In this document: positions 41,432-49,886 of the stretch, piece after piece
Numbering within the stretch: the stretch's first letter is position 1
Layout: every line of letters begins with the position of its first letter
NCBI GenBank assembly: GCA_041649575.1
Contig: JBAZMW010000002.1
Coordinates: 148,487-212,486 of the forward strand
Origin: Patescibacteria group bacterium
GTDB lineage: Bacteria > Patescibacteriota > Patescibacteriia > 2-01-FULL-39-33
Length of the DNA: 64,000 nt
Direction of reading: 5' to 3'
Notes under the pieces: generated by a model
What the model was told of the DNA's origin: nothing
The model's database searches: none
Seen by the model: the letters and a program-made list of their open reading frames with translations, nothing else
Made by a program: the position numbers and the translations under genes

Positions 41432-41756
41432 AAGCGGTTCCTGCTGTGGGAACCGTGCACATTGGGTCAACGGGTCAACCGGAGGGTACAAGCAATATGA
41501 AAAAGGAAATGAGAGCGCAGGGTTTGGTCGTGGCGAAATGGAAGTAGGCTAGACCGTAGCAAGGCAACTTAGCGTTGTTGGGCGGAGGCCCCAACTAACA
41601 GTGGGCCTCCGCTGAATCTTTCCCTCGCTTGAGCGGGGTGCTGGTATATCCTTCTCTGAAGGGGTTCCCCCGTTGGGAAGTGTTGCCCATTCAACGCCTC
41701 CTGACCGCACAGGCTGCAATTTGTCGCAAGACGAAGGGCAGCCTGAATTATTTTTT
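41432..41756 (+). ncRNA. Candidate GC-rich structured RNA R3 (~320 nt) with a possible 16-aa mini-ORF at 41497-41547
   Basis: Hairpins at 41435-55 and 41582-41612 (10 bp). Terminator CAGGCTGC / GCAGCCTG followed by T6. Mini-ORF MKKEMRAQGLVVAKWK has GGAGGG 10 nt upstream. Confidence 0.4.
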
Positions 41757-41781
41757 GCTATACTTAATTTATACTGAATTT

Positions 41782-42657
41782 ATGAGAGCAGCCAAATTTT
41801 ACAAAAAATCAGGGGCTAATGTTAAATGTCAGCTTTGTCGGCATTTTTGTCTGATTGCCCCAGCCAAGTTCGGCCTCTGCGGCATGAGGAAGAATATCGA
41901 CGGCCGGCTTTATTCTCTTAATTACGGTAAAATCATTGCCAGCCAGATTGACCCGATCGAAAAAAAACCGCTCTATCATTTTTTGCCAGGCAGTTTTGCT
42001 TATTCTTTGGCTTGCCCCGGCTGTAATTTTAAATGCCTTAATTGCCAAAATTCCGATCTTTCCCAAATCACCCCGGCTTTACAAAAGGCCGTTGATTCTT
42101 TGCCGGAAACCAGGCCGGAAGAGATTGTCGAGGCGGCCTGGGAAAACAATTGCCCGTCAATCGCTTATACCTATACCGAGCCCACCATTTTTGCCGAGTT
42201 TGCTCTCGACTGCATGGAGCTGGCCAGAGACAGTAATCTAAAAAATATCTGGGTTTCCAATGGCTATCTGTCGCCCGGTTGTCTGGAGGCCATCAGCCCC
42301 TATCTTGACGCCATTAATATTGATTTGAAATTTTTTAGCGATAAAAATTATCAAAAAATTTGCGGCGCTCGCCTAAAACCAGTCTTGGATAATCTGGTTG
42401 CTTTTAAAACAGCCAAAATTCATTTGGAAATCACCACTTTAATCATTCCCTCACTTAATGATAGCGATGAAGAGTTAACCGCTCTGGCAGAGTTTATTTA
42501 TCAAAAATTGGGCGACGACACGCCCTGGCATCTGGGCGCCTTTCACCCCGCTTACAAATTAAAAAATTTACCGGCTACGCCGACAGAAACCATCAAGCGG
42601 GCCCAGGCAATCGGGAAAAATATCGGCCTGAAATATGTTTATCCGGGAAATGTTTGA
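41782..42657 (+). CDS. AmmeMemoRadiSam-system-type radical SAM enzyme (PFL-activase-like)
   Basis: KCQLCRHFC...GLCGMRKN...DPIEKKPLYHFLPGS...GCNFKCLNCQN. ATG at 41782; the track's TTG at 41629 would run through the upstream terminator. Confidence 0.8.
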   Translation: MRAAKFYKKSGANVKCQLCRHFCLIAPAKFGLCGMRKNIDGRLYSLNYGKIIASQIDPIEKKPLYHFLPGSFAYSLACPGCNFKCLNCQNSDLSQITPALQKAVDSLPETRPEEIVEAAWENNCPSIAYTYTEPTIFAEFALDCMELARDSNLKNIWVSNGYLSPGCLEAISPYLDAINIDLKFFSDKNYQKICGARLKPVLDNLVAFKTAKIHLEITTLIIPSLNDSDEELTALAEFIYQKLGDDTPWHLGAFHPAYKLKNLPATPTETIKRAQAIGKNIGLKYVYPGNV

Positions 42658-42753
42658 CTCTAATTTAAACCGGATTGTTTTTTTGGCTGTCTTAACGCCT
42701 GAATTTTTGTTATAATGATTTATGGTGCATGAAAGATTAGTAAACAAAATTAA

Positions 42754-44109
42754 ATGAGAAAAAACTACCAATTAGCGGTATTATTTTGTTTTTTGCTTTT
42801 TTTGCTTTTACCCTTTACGGTTGGGGCGGCCGATTTCGATCCCGATTATCTGATTTCTGATACCGAATTGGCCAATCACAATTCTTTGGACCTGTCTGAT
42901 ATTCAAAGATTTTTGGACAAAAGAAATGGCACGCTCAAGGGTTATGTCACCCTTGATAAAGAAGGCAACCTAAAAACCGCCGTCCAGGCTTTTTTCGAGG
43001 TGGCGCAGAAGTGGCTGATCAACCCCAAATATTTGTTGGTGTTGGTACAAAAAGAGCAAAGCTTACTCGAAGATACCAATCCCTCCCAGGGCCAATATGA
43101 CCGCGCTACCGGTTATGGTTGTCCCGATACCGGCGGTTGCGACGACCGCTGGAAGGGCTTCTATCGCCAGGTAAATTCCGCCGCGGCTCAAACCCGCTAT
43201 TATCTGGACAATATTAATGAGTTTACTTATCAGCCGGGAAAGGCCTATAATATTGACGGGCAGTCTGTCACTCCCAAAAACACCGCCACCGCCGGTTTGT
43301 ACAATTATACCCCCCATCTTCACGGCAATCAGAATTTCTGGAACCTTTGGAACCAGTATTTTGGCAAAAAATGGCCTAATGGCGCCCTGTTGCAAGCCGA
43401 AGGCGACGCTAGCAAGGTTTATTTGATTGAAAACGAAGAAAAACGCGAAATTATATCCAAAGCGGTTTTTGCCTCCCGCTTCGACAGTAAAAAAATAATC
43501 ACTGTCGGCCAGGAAGATCTGGATTCTTATGACTCTGGCGTGCCCATAAAATACCTCAATTTTTCCCTGCTTAAAAGCAGCCGCGGCGACATTTACATGA
43601 TCGTTGACGACCAAAAAAGAAAAATTGCCAGTCAGGAAGTTTTCAAAAAAATCGGTTTTATGGAAGATGAGGTGATTCCGGCGGATGACAGCGAGCTGGG
43701 CCTTTATAAAGACGGTCCCGAGATTACCAGCTATACCCTTTATCCCGCCGGGACGCTTTTGCAAGACAGCCAGACTAAACAAATTTTTTATGTCATCAGC
43801 GGCAAGAAGCGGCCAATAATCAATAAAGAAATCCTGGCTTTTAATTTTAACGGCTTGCCGGTCAAAAAAGTTTCTCCCGTCGAACTGGAATCGTACCGCT
43901 CTGGCAATCCCGTCACCTTGCCCGATGGTGAACTGGTCAAAATCAAGGGAGCCAATACGGTTTACGTGATTTCCAATGGCAAACGTCTGCCGATTTTCAA
44001 CGCCAAGATTTTCGAAAAAATGAATTATAAATGGACTAACGTCAAAACCGTTTCCAAAGAGACCCTGGAAGTTCATGAGCTGGGTCAAACCATCACCGGC
44101 GATTGGTAA
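42754..44109 (+). CDS. Secreted protein with a lysozyme/PG-hydrolase-like N-terminal region and four C-terminal repeat modules
   Basis: Signal peptide, then LVQKEQSLLED...ATGYGCPD. Four modules of the form hhYhIxxxxKRxIxxxxhF. Confidence 0.6.
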   Translation: MRKNYQLAVLFCFLLFLLLPFTVGAADFDPDYLISDTELANHNSLDLSDIQRFLDKRNGTLKGYVTLDKEGNLKTAVQAFFEVAQKWLINPKYLLVLVQKEQSLLEDTNPSQGQYDRATGYGCPDTGGCDDRWKGFYRQVNSAAAQTRYYLDNINEFTYQPGKAYNIDGQSVTPKNTATAGLYNYTPHLHGNQNFWNLWNQYFGKKWPNGALLQAEGDASKVYLIENEEKREIISKAVFASRFDSKKIITVGQEDLDSYDSGVPIKYLNFSLLKSSRGDIYMIVDDQKRKIASQEVFKKIGFMEDEVIPADDSELGLYKDGPEITSYTLYPAGTLLQDSQTKQIFYVISGKKRPIINKEILAFNFNGLPVKKVSPVELESYRSGNPVTLPDGELVKIKGANTVYVISNGKRLPIFNAKIFEKMNYKWTNVKTVSKETLEVHELGQTITGDW

Positions 44110-44138
44110 AGATTGCTATCTAAATTAATCAAAAACAT

Positions 44139-44930
44139 ATGTCTCTAGTTTTCGCGGCCATTGTGCCGCATCCGCCAATTCTCATACCCACCATTGGCAA
44201 AGAAAATTTGGAAAAGATACAAAAAACCCAAAAAGCCATGGAGCGTTTGGAGCAAGACCTTTATGCTTCCAAACCAGACATTCTAATCATAATTTCCCCT
44301 CATGGCGAAGTTCAGCATGATTTTTTTACCATCAACTTGTCTAATCAGTACCAAATTAGTTTTAACGACTTCGGCGATTTTGCCACCAAATTAGAAACCG
44401 GTGGCGACACTATCCTTATCTCGGTCAATAAAGAAAAAATCAACAGCCGCTCCCCTATCAATATTATTTCCGAGCCTAACTTGGACCACGGAATTGGCGT
44501 CCCTTTTTATTATTTGGGCCAACACCTCAAGGAAACCAAGCTGATCCCGATTTATTTTTCTTTGCTGGATAATTTGGCTCATTTGGAATTCGGCAAAAAT
44601 CTGAAAGAGGCCATTATGGGCACCGAAAAAAGAGTGGCCGTGGTGGCTTCCGGCGATTTGTCGCACTGCCTGACCGAAAACGCGCCAGCGCCTTTTAGTC
44701 CGGCTGGCAAAGAATTTGATGAAAAATTAATCGCTTTGCTCAAAAATGGCGATACCCAGGGGGTGATTAATCTGGAACCAAAATTCATCGAAAGCGCCGC
44801 CGAATGCGGCCTGCGTTCGATTTTAATTCTTTTGGGAGTTTTGAATAACATTAGCTTTCAATCGGAAATCTTGAGTTATGAGGCGCCTTTCGGCGTCGGC
44901 TACCTGGTGGCGAATTTCAAATTGGAATAA
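44139..44930 (+). CDS. Class III extradiol dioxygenase-like (LigB/MEMO superfamily) protein
   Basis: AAIVPHPPILIP, ISPHG, DHGIGVPFYYL and ASGDLSH. Confidence 0.65.
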   Translation: MSLVFAAIVPHPPILIPTIGKENLEKIQKTQKAMERLEQDLYASKPDILIIISPHGEVQHDFFTINLSNQYQISFNDFGDFATKLETGGDTILISVNKEKINSRSPINIISEPNLDHGIGVPFYYLGQHLKETKLIPIYFSLLDNLAHLEFGKNLKEAIMGTEKRVAVVASGDLSHCLTENAPAPFSPAGKEFDEKLIALLKNGDTQGVINLEPKFIESAAECGLRSILILLGVLNNISFQSEILSYEAPFGVGYLVANFKLE

Positions 44931-44968
44931 AGATTAATTTTTTAAAACCGCCCTCGTTGGCGGTTTTT

Positions 44969-45229
44969 TTATTTGTCTGCCAGTACTTTAAAAAAATATT
45001 TCCACCTCTCTTTTTGCGCCAGTTCCTTGGTCTCGTTTAAGGCTCTCTCTATTATAATCTGGTTATTTTCTTTGCAAACCTTAAAAACAGAATTCCGCTT
45101 AAAAGCCGGCACGCCCAGCTCCTTGATTATTTTTAGAGCCAGTTCTTGCCATTGGTAAGCGGGCGGCTTTTTTGACTGCCGATTGGTAAAAATATCACTT
45201 AATGATTGAAGTCCTTTATTGTCTTTCAT
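44969..45229 (-). CDS. Hypothetical small protein, 86 aa
   Basis: ATG at 45229 (MKDNKG...). The longer TTG-initiated version in the track is less likely. Confidence 0.45.
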   Translation of the reverse strand: MKDNKGLQSLSDIFTNRQSKKPPAYQWQELALKIIKELGVPAFKRNSVFKVCKENNQIIIERALNETKELAQKERWKYFFKVLADK

Positions 45230-45317
45230 ACCTAAGGAATTGTAATGGGATTTCTTTAAAAAGTTAAGAGGTGCGAAAATCAAGTAATATTTTGCACCTC
45301 GTTTTTATTTAAAAAAA

Positions 45318-45347
45318 TTGACAAAACTTAGTATAAATTAATATAAT
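45318..45347 (+). promoter_or_regulatory. def promoter: TTGACA, 17/18-nt spacer, TATAAT
   Basis: TTGACA at 45318-45323 and TATAAT at 45342-45347. Confidence 0.55.
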
Positions 45348-45368
45348 ATAAAAAACTTAAATAAATTC

Positions 45369-45827
45369 ATGCTTCAAATACTAACCAATCCCAATCCAAT
45401 TTTGCGCCAAAAATCAGTCTTGGTCGCCGATTTTACTAATGAAGAAGTCCAGAAACTGGTGCCGGAAATGGCCGAGACTATGCTCAAAAAAGACGGGCTC
45501 GGTCTGGCCGCGCCACAAATTGGTAAAAATATCAGATTGATAGTAGTGAGCCATAAGGATGGTGTTTTGGCTCTGTTTAACCCAAAAATTATTAAAAAAT
45601 CTTGGTTTAAAGAATGGGGCGAAGAGGGTTGTTTGTCTCTGCCGGATAAATACGGCGAAGTCAAACGTCATAAGAATATAACTGTAAAATTCGATGATAC
45701 CACAGGCAAATCAGAATGTTTGGAAGCCAAGGGTTTATTGGCCAGAGTAATTCAGCATGAAATCGACCACTTGGACGGAGTTTTGTTTATTGATAAAGCT
45801 AGAAAAATCGTAAATATCGACAAATAA
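45369..45827 (+). CDS. def: Peptide deformylase
   Basis: GLGLAAPQIG, EGCLSLP and QHEIDHLDG. Confidence 0.93.
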   Translation: MLQILTNPNPILRQKSVLVADFTNEEVQKLVPEMAETMLKKDGLGLAAPQIGKNIRLIVVSHKDGVLALFNPKIIKKSWFKEWGEEGCLSLPDKYGEVKRHKNITVKFDDTTGKSECLEAKGLLARVIQHEIDHLDGVLFIDKARKIVNIDK

Positions 45828-45892
45828 AACACGAAGAACGGGCACCGGTTGGCACCCGTTCGGTTCCACAGAACAAACTCACGTCGCCTTGA

Positions 45893-46093
45893 TCACGCTG
45901 GCTCCAGCAGTCTGAAGCATATCATCATGCCGATGAAGCAACAGGCCGCCACAACCATTAAGCGCTCGATTCTCCTTTCCCAACCATGCCTCATGTTTTC
46001 ATAGACGAGTGGGATCGCAAAGCCGGAGAATAAGCCAATTAGGCCAAGAACCACCATGACCACTAGCAATGCACCGTGATATGCGGTAAACAT
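45893..46093 (-). CDS. GC-rich small two-TM membrane protein, 66 aa
   Basis: ATG at 46093 with AGGAGGG 8 nt upstream (the track's TTG at 46099 is too close to the SD). Hairpin and T-run on the minus strand at about 45845-45880. Confidence 0.55.
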   Translation of the reverse strand: MFTAYHGALLVVMVVLGLIGLFSGFAIPLVYENMRHGWERRIERLMVVAACCFIGMMICFRLLEPA

Positions 46094-46157
46094 GTCCAAG
46101 ACCCTCCTGTGTCTGTTGAAATTGTGCTTGTCAAAAACATACCATTAAAATTTACAA

Positions 46158-47096
46158 ATGTCAAAAACAAAAATCATCTTTGCCGGCACGCCGGAATTCG
46201 CCGTGCCGTTTTTAAAAGCTCTGACCGAAGACTCCGATTTTGAAATTATTGGCGTCATTACTCAACCTGATAAGCCTTCCGGCCGAAAACAAGAATTTGT
46301 CCCCTCACCTATCAAACAACTGGCTCTGAAACTTGGTTTAAAAATTTGGCAACCAGGCAGTGTTAAGAATAATCCCGAGTTAGAAAAAGAATTAAAACAA
46401 GTTAGTCCGGATTTATTAGTAGTAGTCGCCTTCGGTCAAATTATTCCGCAAGAAATTTTGGACTTAGCCAAATTTGGCAATATTAATGTCCACCCCTCTC
46501 TTTTACCCAAATACCGCGGGGCTTCTCCGGTTCAGAGTGCCATTTTGACCGGCGAAACAAAGACGGGTGTCACTATCATGCTGATGGACCAAAAAATGGA
46601 TCACGGGCCAATTTTGAGCCAAAAAACCCTACTCCTTAATAGCGAAGAAACCAATCAATCCCTACACCAGGCCTTGGCAGAGCTGGGGGTGCCGCTTTTA
46701 CTGACCACCATCAAAGGCTTTTTGGGGGGTAAAATTAAGCCCCAGGAACAAAATCACGAGTCAGCCACTTTTTGCCAGACCATAACCAAAGACAGTGCCA
46801 AAATTGATTGGTCCAACGCGGCAATTGAGATCAAAAGAAAAATTTATGCTTTTTATCCCTGGCCAGGCGTTTGGGCTATTTGGGGTGGCAAGAGGATCAA
46901 GTTTTTTCCGCCAGCAGAAATCGTCAATGATTCAAAAAAACCGGGTGAAATTTTTTTGTCTGGAGACGGCTTAGCTGTTGGTTGTGGCCAAGGGTCGTTG
47001 AAAATTTCCAAGTTGCAACTGGAAGGCAAAAAAGAAATGACCGCCCAAGAGTTTTTGCGCGGCTATAACAAAGTTGTTGGTGAAATTCTAAAATAA
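46158..47096 (+). CDS. fmt: Methionyl-tRNA formyltransferase
   Basis: IIFAGTPEFAVP and HPSLLPKYRGASPVQSAIL. Confidence 0.93.
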   Translation: MSKTKIIFAGTPEFAVPFLKALTEDSDFEIIGVITQPDKPSGRKQEFVPSPIKQLALKLGLKIWQPGSVKNNPELEKELKQVSPDLLVVVAFGQIIPQEILDLAKFGNINVHPSLLPKYRGASPVQSAILTGETKTGVTIMLMDQKMDHGPILSQKTLLLNSEETNQSLHQALAELGVPLLLTTIKGFLGGKIKPQEQNHESATFCQTITKDSAKIDWSNAAIEIKRKIYAFYPWPGVWAIWGGKRIKFFPPAEIVNDSKKPGEIFLSGDGLAVGCGQGSLKISKLQLEGKKEMTAQEFLRGYNKVVGEILK

Positions 47097-47134
47097 AACT
47101 ACGGCTTCCGATGATTTATAATATACTATCTAAG

Positions 47135-48424
47135 TCAAGCTCGTTTTGTCAATTTATGGCTGATAGGCAGCCCAACCAGCAGGATTAAAATTATATCCAA
47201 ATAAAATTCTTCGCGCATCAAATAATTGGTATAAATGCTCATAACCGTCACGAAGCTGAAATAAGCAAAAAGCATAACCGACAAAACAGTCGGTTTTTTG
47301 GTCACCCAGTTATAAATAACAGCCAAAAGCACTCCCCAAAAAATTGCCGCCACGATTATCCCCAGCCAGCCGAAATCTACCCAATAATTGAACAAAAAAG
47401 TCGCTGTCACCCACCAGGGCAAAAACATTTCTTTCCAAGCAATGGCGCCGTTTAGCTCCGGAGCGCCGAAAATTTTTAAGAACGAATTGAAAGTCGATAA
47501 ACCGTAACCGCCCCAGTGCCAATTAGCATAACTGAAATAATCGGTAGCCCTGAAAAACGCTTGCAGATTAAAGGCGGGAATCAAATAAAGCGGAATCAGG
47601 AAGTCGAGTTGGGCGGGCAGATTAAGTTTTGACAGGTCGGCCAAGTAGGTAAAAGCGTTGTAATCGACATCCGCATAATAATCGCGGTAAGTGATAAAAT
47701 GTCTGAACATCGGTATGGCCACAGAGATCACCAAGACCAAAATAAGCACCACCATCGAAGCCACAGCGATTTTGCGCCAATTGATTTTTTTAATCTTTAT
47801 AATCAGATAACCGAAATAGCTCATCAGTATCGGTAAAATTATCACCAGGCGCGAGGCATAAAGCGACAAGAGCAAAAAGCCCAACAAAATGTTAATAAAA
47901 ATTATTATTTTGACCACCCGGCTTCTGCGGCCGCTCAAGAGGAAGATAAAAGCCAGAGGAATAATAATTCTGGGCAGTAGCGCGGCATATTCCCAAAGTC
48001 CGAAAACTTGTTTGTTGATAATAAAACGCATTTTGTCGGGAACCGACGAGAGTATCGGCAAAGTGCCAAAACGGCTGAAAATATAAGCGTTAGCCGCCAA
48101 ACTCAGAATTGTTAAAATTAGAATCGTTATTAAAAATATTTTACTATTGGTCGTCTCTATTATCTGGCCAGCTTTAATTTTTCGGTTAGCCAACCGGCTG
48201 AAAATCACGTAACTCAAATAAAAAAGTAAAAAAAATAAGGCTAAAATCAGCCAGAATTTGCCGCTCCAGGCCGCTTCATACGGACTAAGCCGCAACTGCG
48301 CTACACCAATCGCCAGGAGCCACAGCGACAAGAGCAATTTGGCCGGGGAAAATTTATTGTTGCCAAAAAAATAGCTCAAACCGACGGCCATGCCCAAGAT
48401 TATAAAAACAAAAAATAGAACCAT
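47135..48424 (-). CDS. Polytopic membrane protein, O-antigen/oligosaccharide repeat-unit polymerase (Wzy)-like
   Basis: About 10-12 TM segments. Located in the GT2/Wzx cluster. Confidence 0.5.
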   Translation of the reverse strand: MVLFFVFIILGMAVGLSYFFGNNKFSPAKLLLSLWLLAIGVAQLRLSPYEAAWSGKFWLILALFFLLFYLSYVIFSRLANRKIKAGQIIETTNSKIFLITILILTILSLAANAYIFSRFGTLPILSSVPDKMRFIINKQVFGLWEYAALLPRIIIPLAFIFLLSGRRSRVVKIIIFINILLGFLLLSLYASRLVIILPILMSYFGYLIIKIKKINWRKIAVASMVVLILVLVISVAIPMFRHFITYRDYYADVDYNAFTYLADLSKLNLPAQLDFLIPLYLIPAFNLQAFFRATDYFSYANWHWGGYGLSTFNSFLKIFGAPELNGAIAWKEMFLPWWVTATFLFNYWVDFGWLGIIVAAIFWGVLLAVIYNWVTKKPTVLSVMLFAYFSFVTVMSIYTNYLMREEFYLDIILILLVGLPISHKLTKRA

Positions 48425-48427
48425 AAA

Positions 48428-49201
48428 TCAATTTTTAAAACCATATTTTTTAAAATACAACCAAGCGCTTTTGAAAAACTGCCATTGCTTGTTTATCACG
48501 CCTTGCTGAGAAAAACTCTGGCCGCCATGATGAATTATTTGCGCCTGGGGCGTGTAGAAAACCTGATAGCCTTTTTGTCTGGCCCGGCGGCAAAAATCAA
48601 CTTCCTCAAACCAGATAAAAAATCTTTCATCGAGCGGGCCAATCTCGCCGATAACCCTCTTGGGCAGCAGCATAAAAGCGCCCATTACCTGATCGACCGT
48701 CTGTTCTTTCTGATAATCAAAATCCTTAGCCAGATAGCGGTTGACTGATTTAAAACTAAAAAACTTTGGCAGTTTTAGAAACAGCAGCAGTATCGGCCAA
48801 AGTCGCGGAAATCGCCGTACCGATGGCTGGACGCTTTTGTCGGAATTTAATAACTGGCAGCCCAAAATTCCTATCCGGGGATTATCTTTTATGATTGCCA
48901 AACATTTTTCTAAACTTCCAGACAAAACTTCCGTATCGGGATTTAGCAGTAGAATAAATTCGCCCTGGGCTTCTTTCAGGGCTAGGTTGTTGGCCTTGGC
49001 AAAACCCAAGTTTTGTTTATTGGCTATCAGTTTCACCTCAGGGAATTTTTGCCTGACCGTTTCCACTGTGCCGTCTGAAGAAGCATTGTCTACTAATACG
49101 ATTTCCCAACTCAAGCCAGCGCTGTTTTTGCTGATAGTTGTCAGGCATTTATTTAATAATTCTTTGACATTCCAGGAAACTATGACAATTGATAAATCCA
49201 T
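48428..49201 (-). CDS. Family 2 glycosyltransferase
   Basis: LSIVIVSWN...EIVLVDNASSDGT. Confidence 0.85.
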   Translation of the reverse strand: MDLSIVIVSWNVKELLNKCLTTISKNSAGLSWEIVLVDNASSDGTVETVRQKFPEVKLIANKQNLGFAKANNLALKEAQGEFILLLNPDTEVLSGSLEKCLAIIKDNPRIGILGCQLLNSDKSVQPSVRRFPRLWPILLLFLKLPKFFSFKSVNRYLAKDFDYQKEQTVDQVMGAFMLLPKRVIGEIGPLDERFFIWFEEVDFCRRARQKGYQVFYTPQAQIIHHGGQSFSQQGVINKQWQFFKSAWLYFKKYGFKN

Positions 49202-49202
49202 A

Positions 49203-49886
49203 CTAAGTTAGTTGGTGTTTTTTTTGTATTAATTCTTTGGCTTTCAGATATTTTTCTTTATTTTTTGTTTTTACCGGCAACTGATAAATAAAACTGGGCA
49301 GCCAGTGGCTCATGGTGCCGCCGGTTTTAATTGTAAACAAAACCTCATCCAGCCAAATTCCCCGTCCGCCTCGCTCGCTGATGGTTAAAAACAAATCCCA
49401 GTCCTGAAATTTTTTTAAACTCTCGTCCCAACCAGGAAAAAACTTTCTTCTAATCAGCGAGGTGGAATGAATATAAGGAAGCTGTTTTAACTTTTCGGAG
49501 TCAAACGGCCAAAGTCTGAACTTCTTCCAGCCGAATTTAAACGAAGAATAAGCAAAAGCCGCTGACTCATCGTTTTCCAAAGCCGTCAGCATCTTTTCTA
49601 GGGCCGAGAGTTTCAGAATGATATCGGCATCGCAAAAAAACAAATACTGGCCGCCGCTTTCTTTAAAGCCGGCGTTTCTGGCCGCCGCCGCGCCTTTGTT
49701 TTCCTGGCGGATTAATCTGATCCCCTCTTGCCAGGGAGCTACGGCCGTAGCGATAGCCTCTTTTGATCCATCGTCGACAATGATCAGCTCGAAATCCCTA
49801 AAAGTCTGGCTAAAAAGACTAACCAAACACTTCTGGAGCGACTTGGCCTGGTTGTAAACAGGTATAATGATGCTAATTTTTGGCAT
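49203..49886 (-). CDS. Family 2 glycosyltransferase
   Basis: ISIIIPVYNQ...ELIIVDDGS and FCDAD. Confidence 0.85.
   Translation of the reverse strand: MPKISIIIPVYNQAKSLQKCLVSLFSQTFRDFELIIVDDGSKEAIATAVAPWQEGIRLIRQENKGAAAARNAGFKESGGQYLFFCDADIILKLSALEKMLTALENDESAAFAYSSFKFGWKKFRLWPFDSEKLKQLPYIHSTSLIRRKFFPGWDESLKKFQDWDLFLTISERGGRGIWLDEVLFTIKTGGTMSHWLPSFIYQLPVKTKNKEKYLKAKELIQKKHQLT

Noticed and set aside
40031-41756. Identification of R1-R3 or the 20.7-21.3 kb region as RNase P RNA, tmRNA, SRP RNA or 6S RNA
   Set aside because: None of the hallmark strings are present: GAGGAAAGTCC and ACAGAA..GGCTTA for RNase P, GGAAGCAGCC for SRP, or tRNA-like ends and a tag ORF for tmRNA. The GAAGGAAGCC at about 21048 does not fold like SRP helix 8.
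43063-44088. 341-aa minus-strand ORF antisense to the 42754-44109 gene
   Set aside because: It has no SD or promoter and a low-complexity composition. The plus-strand frame has a signal peptide, a recognisable N-terminal domain and four clean repeat modules. I treat the minus-strand ORF as a shadow ORF.
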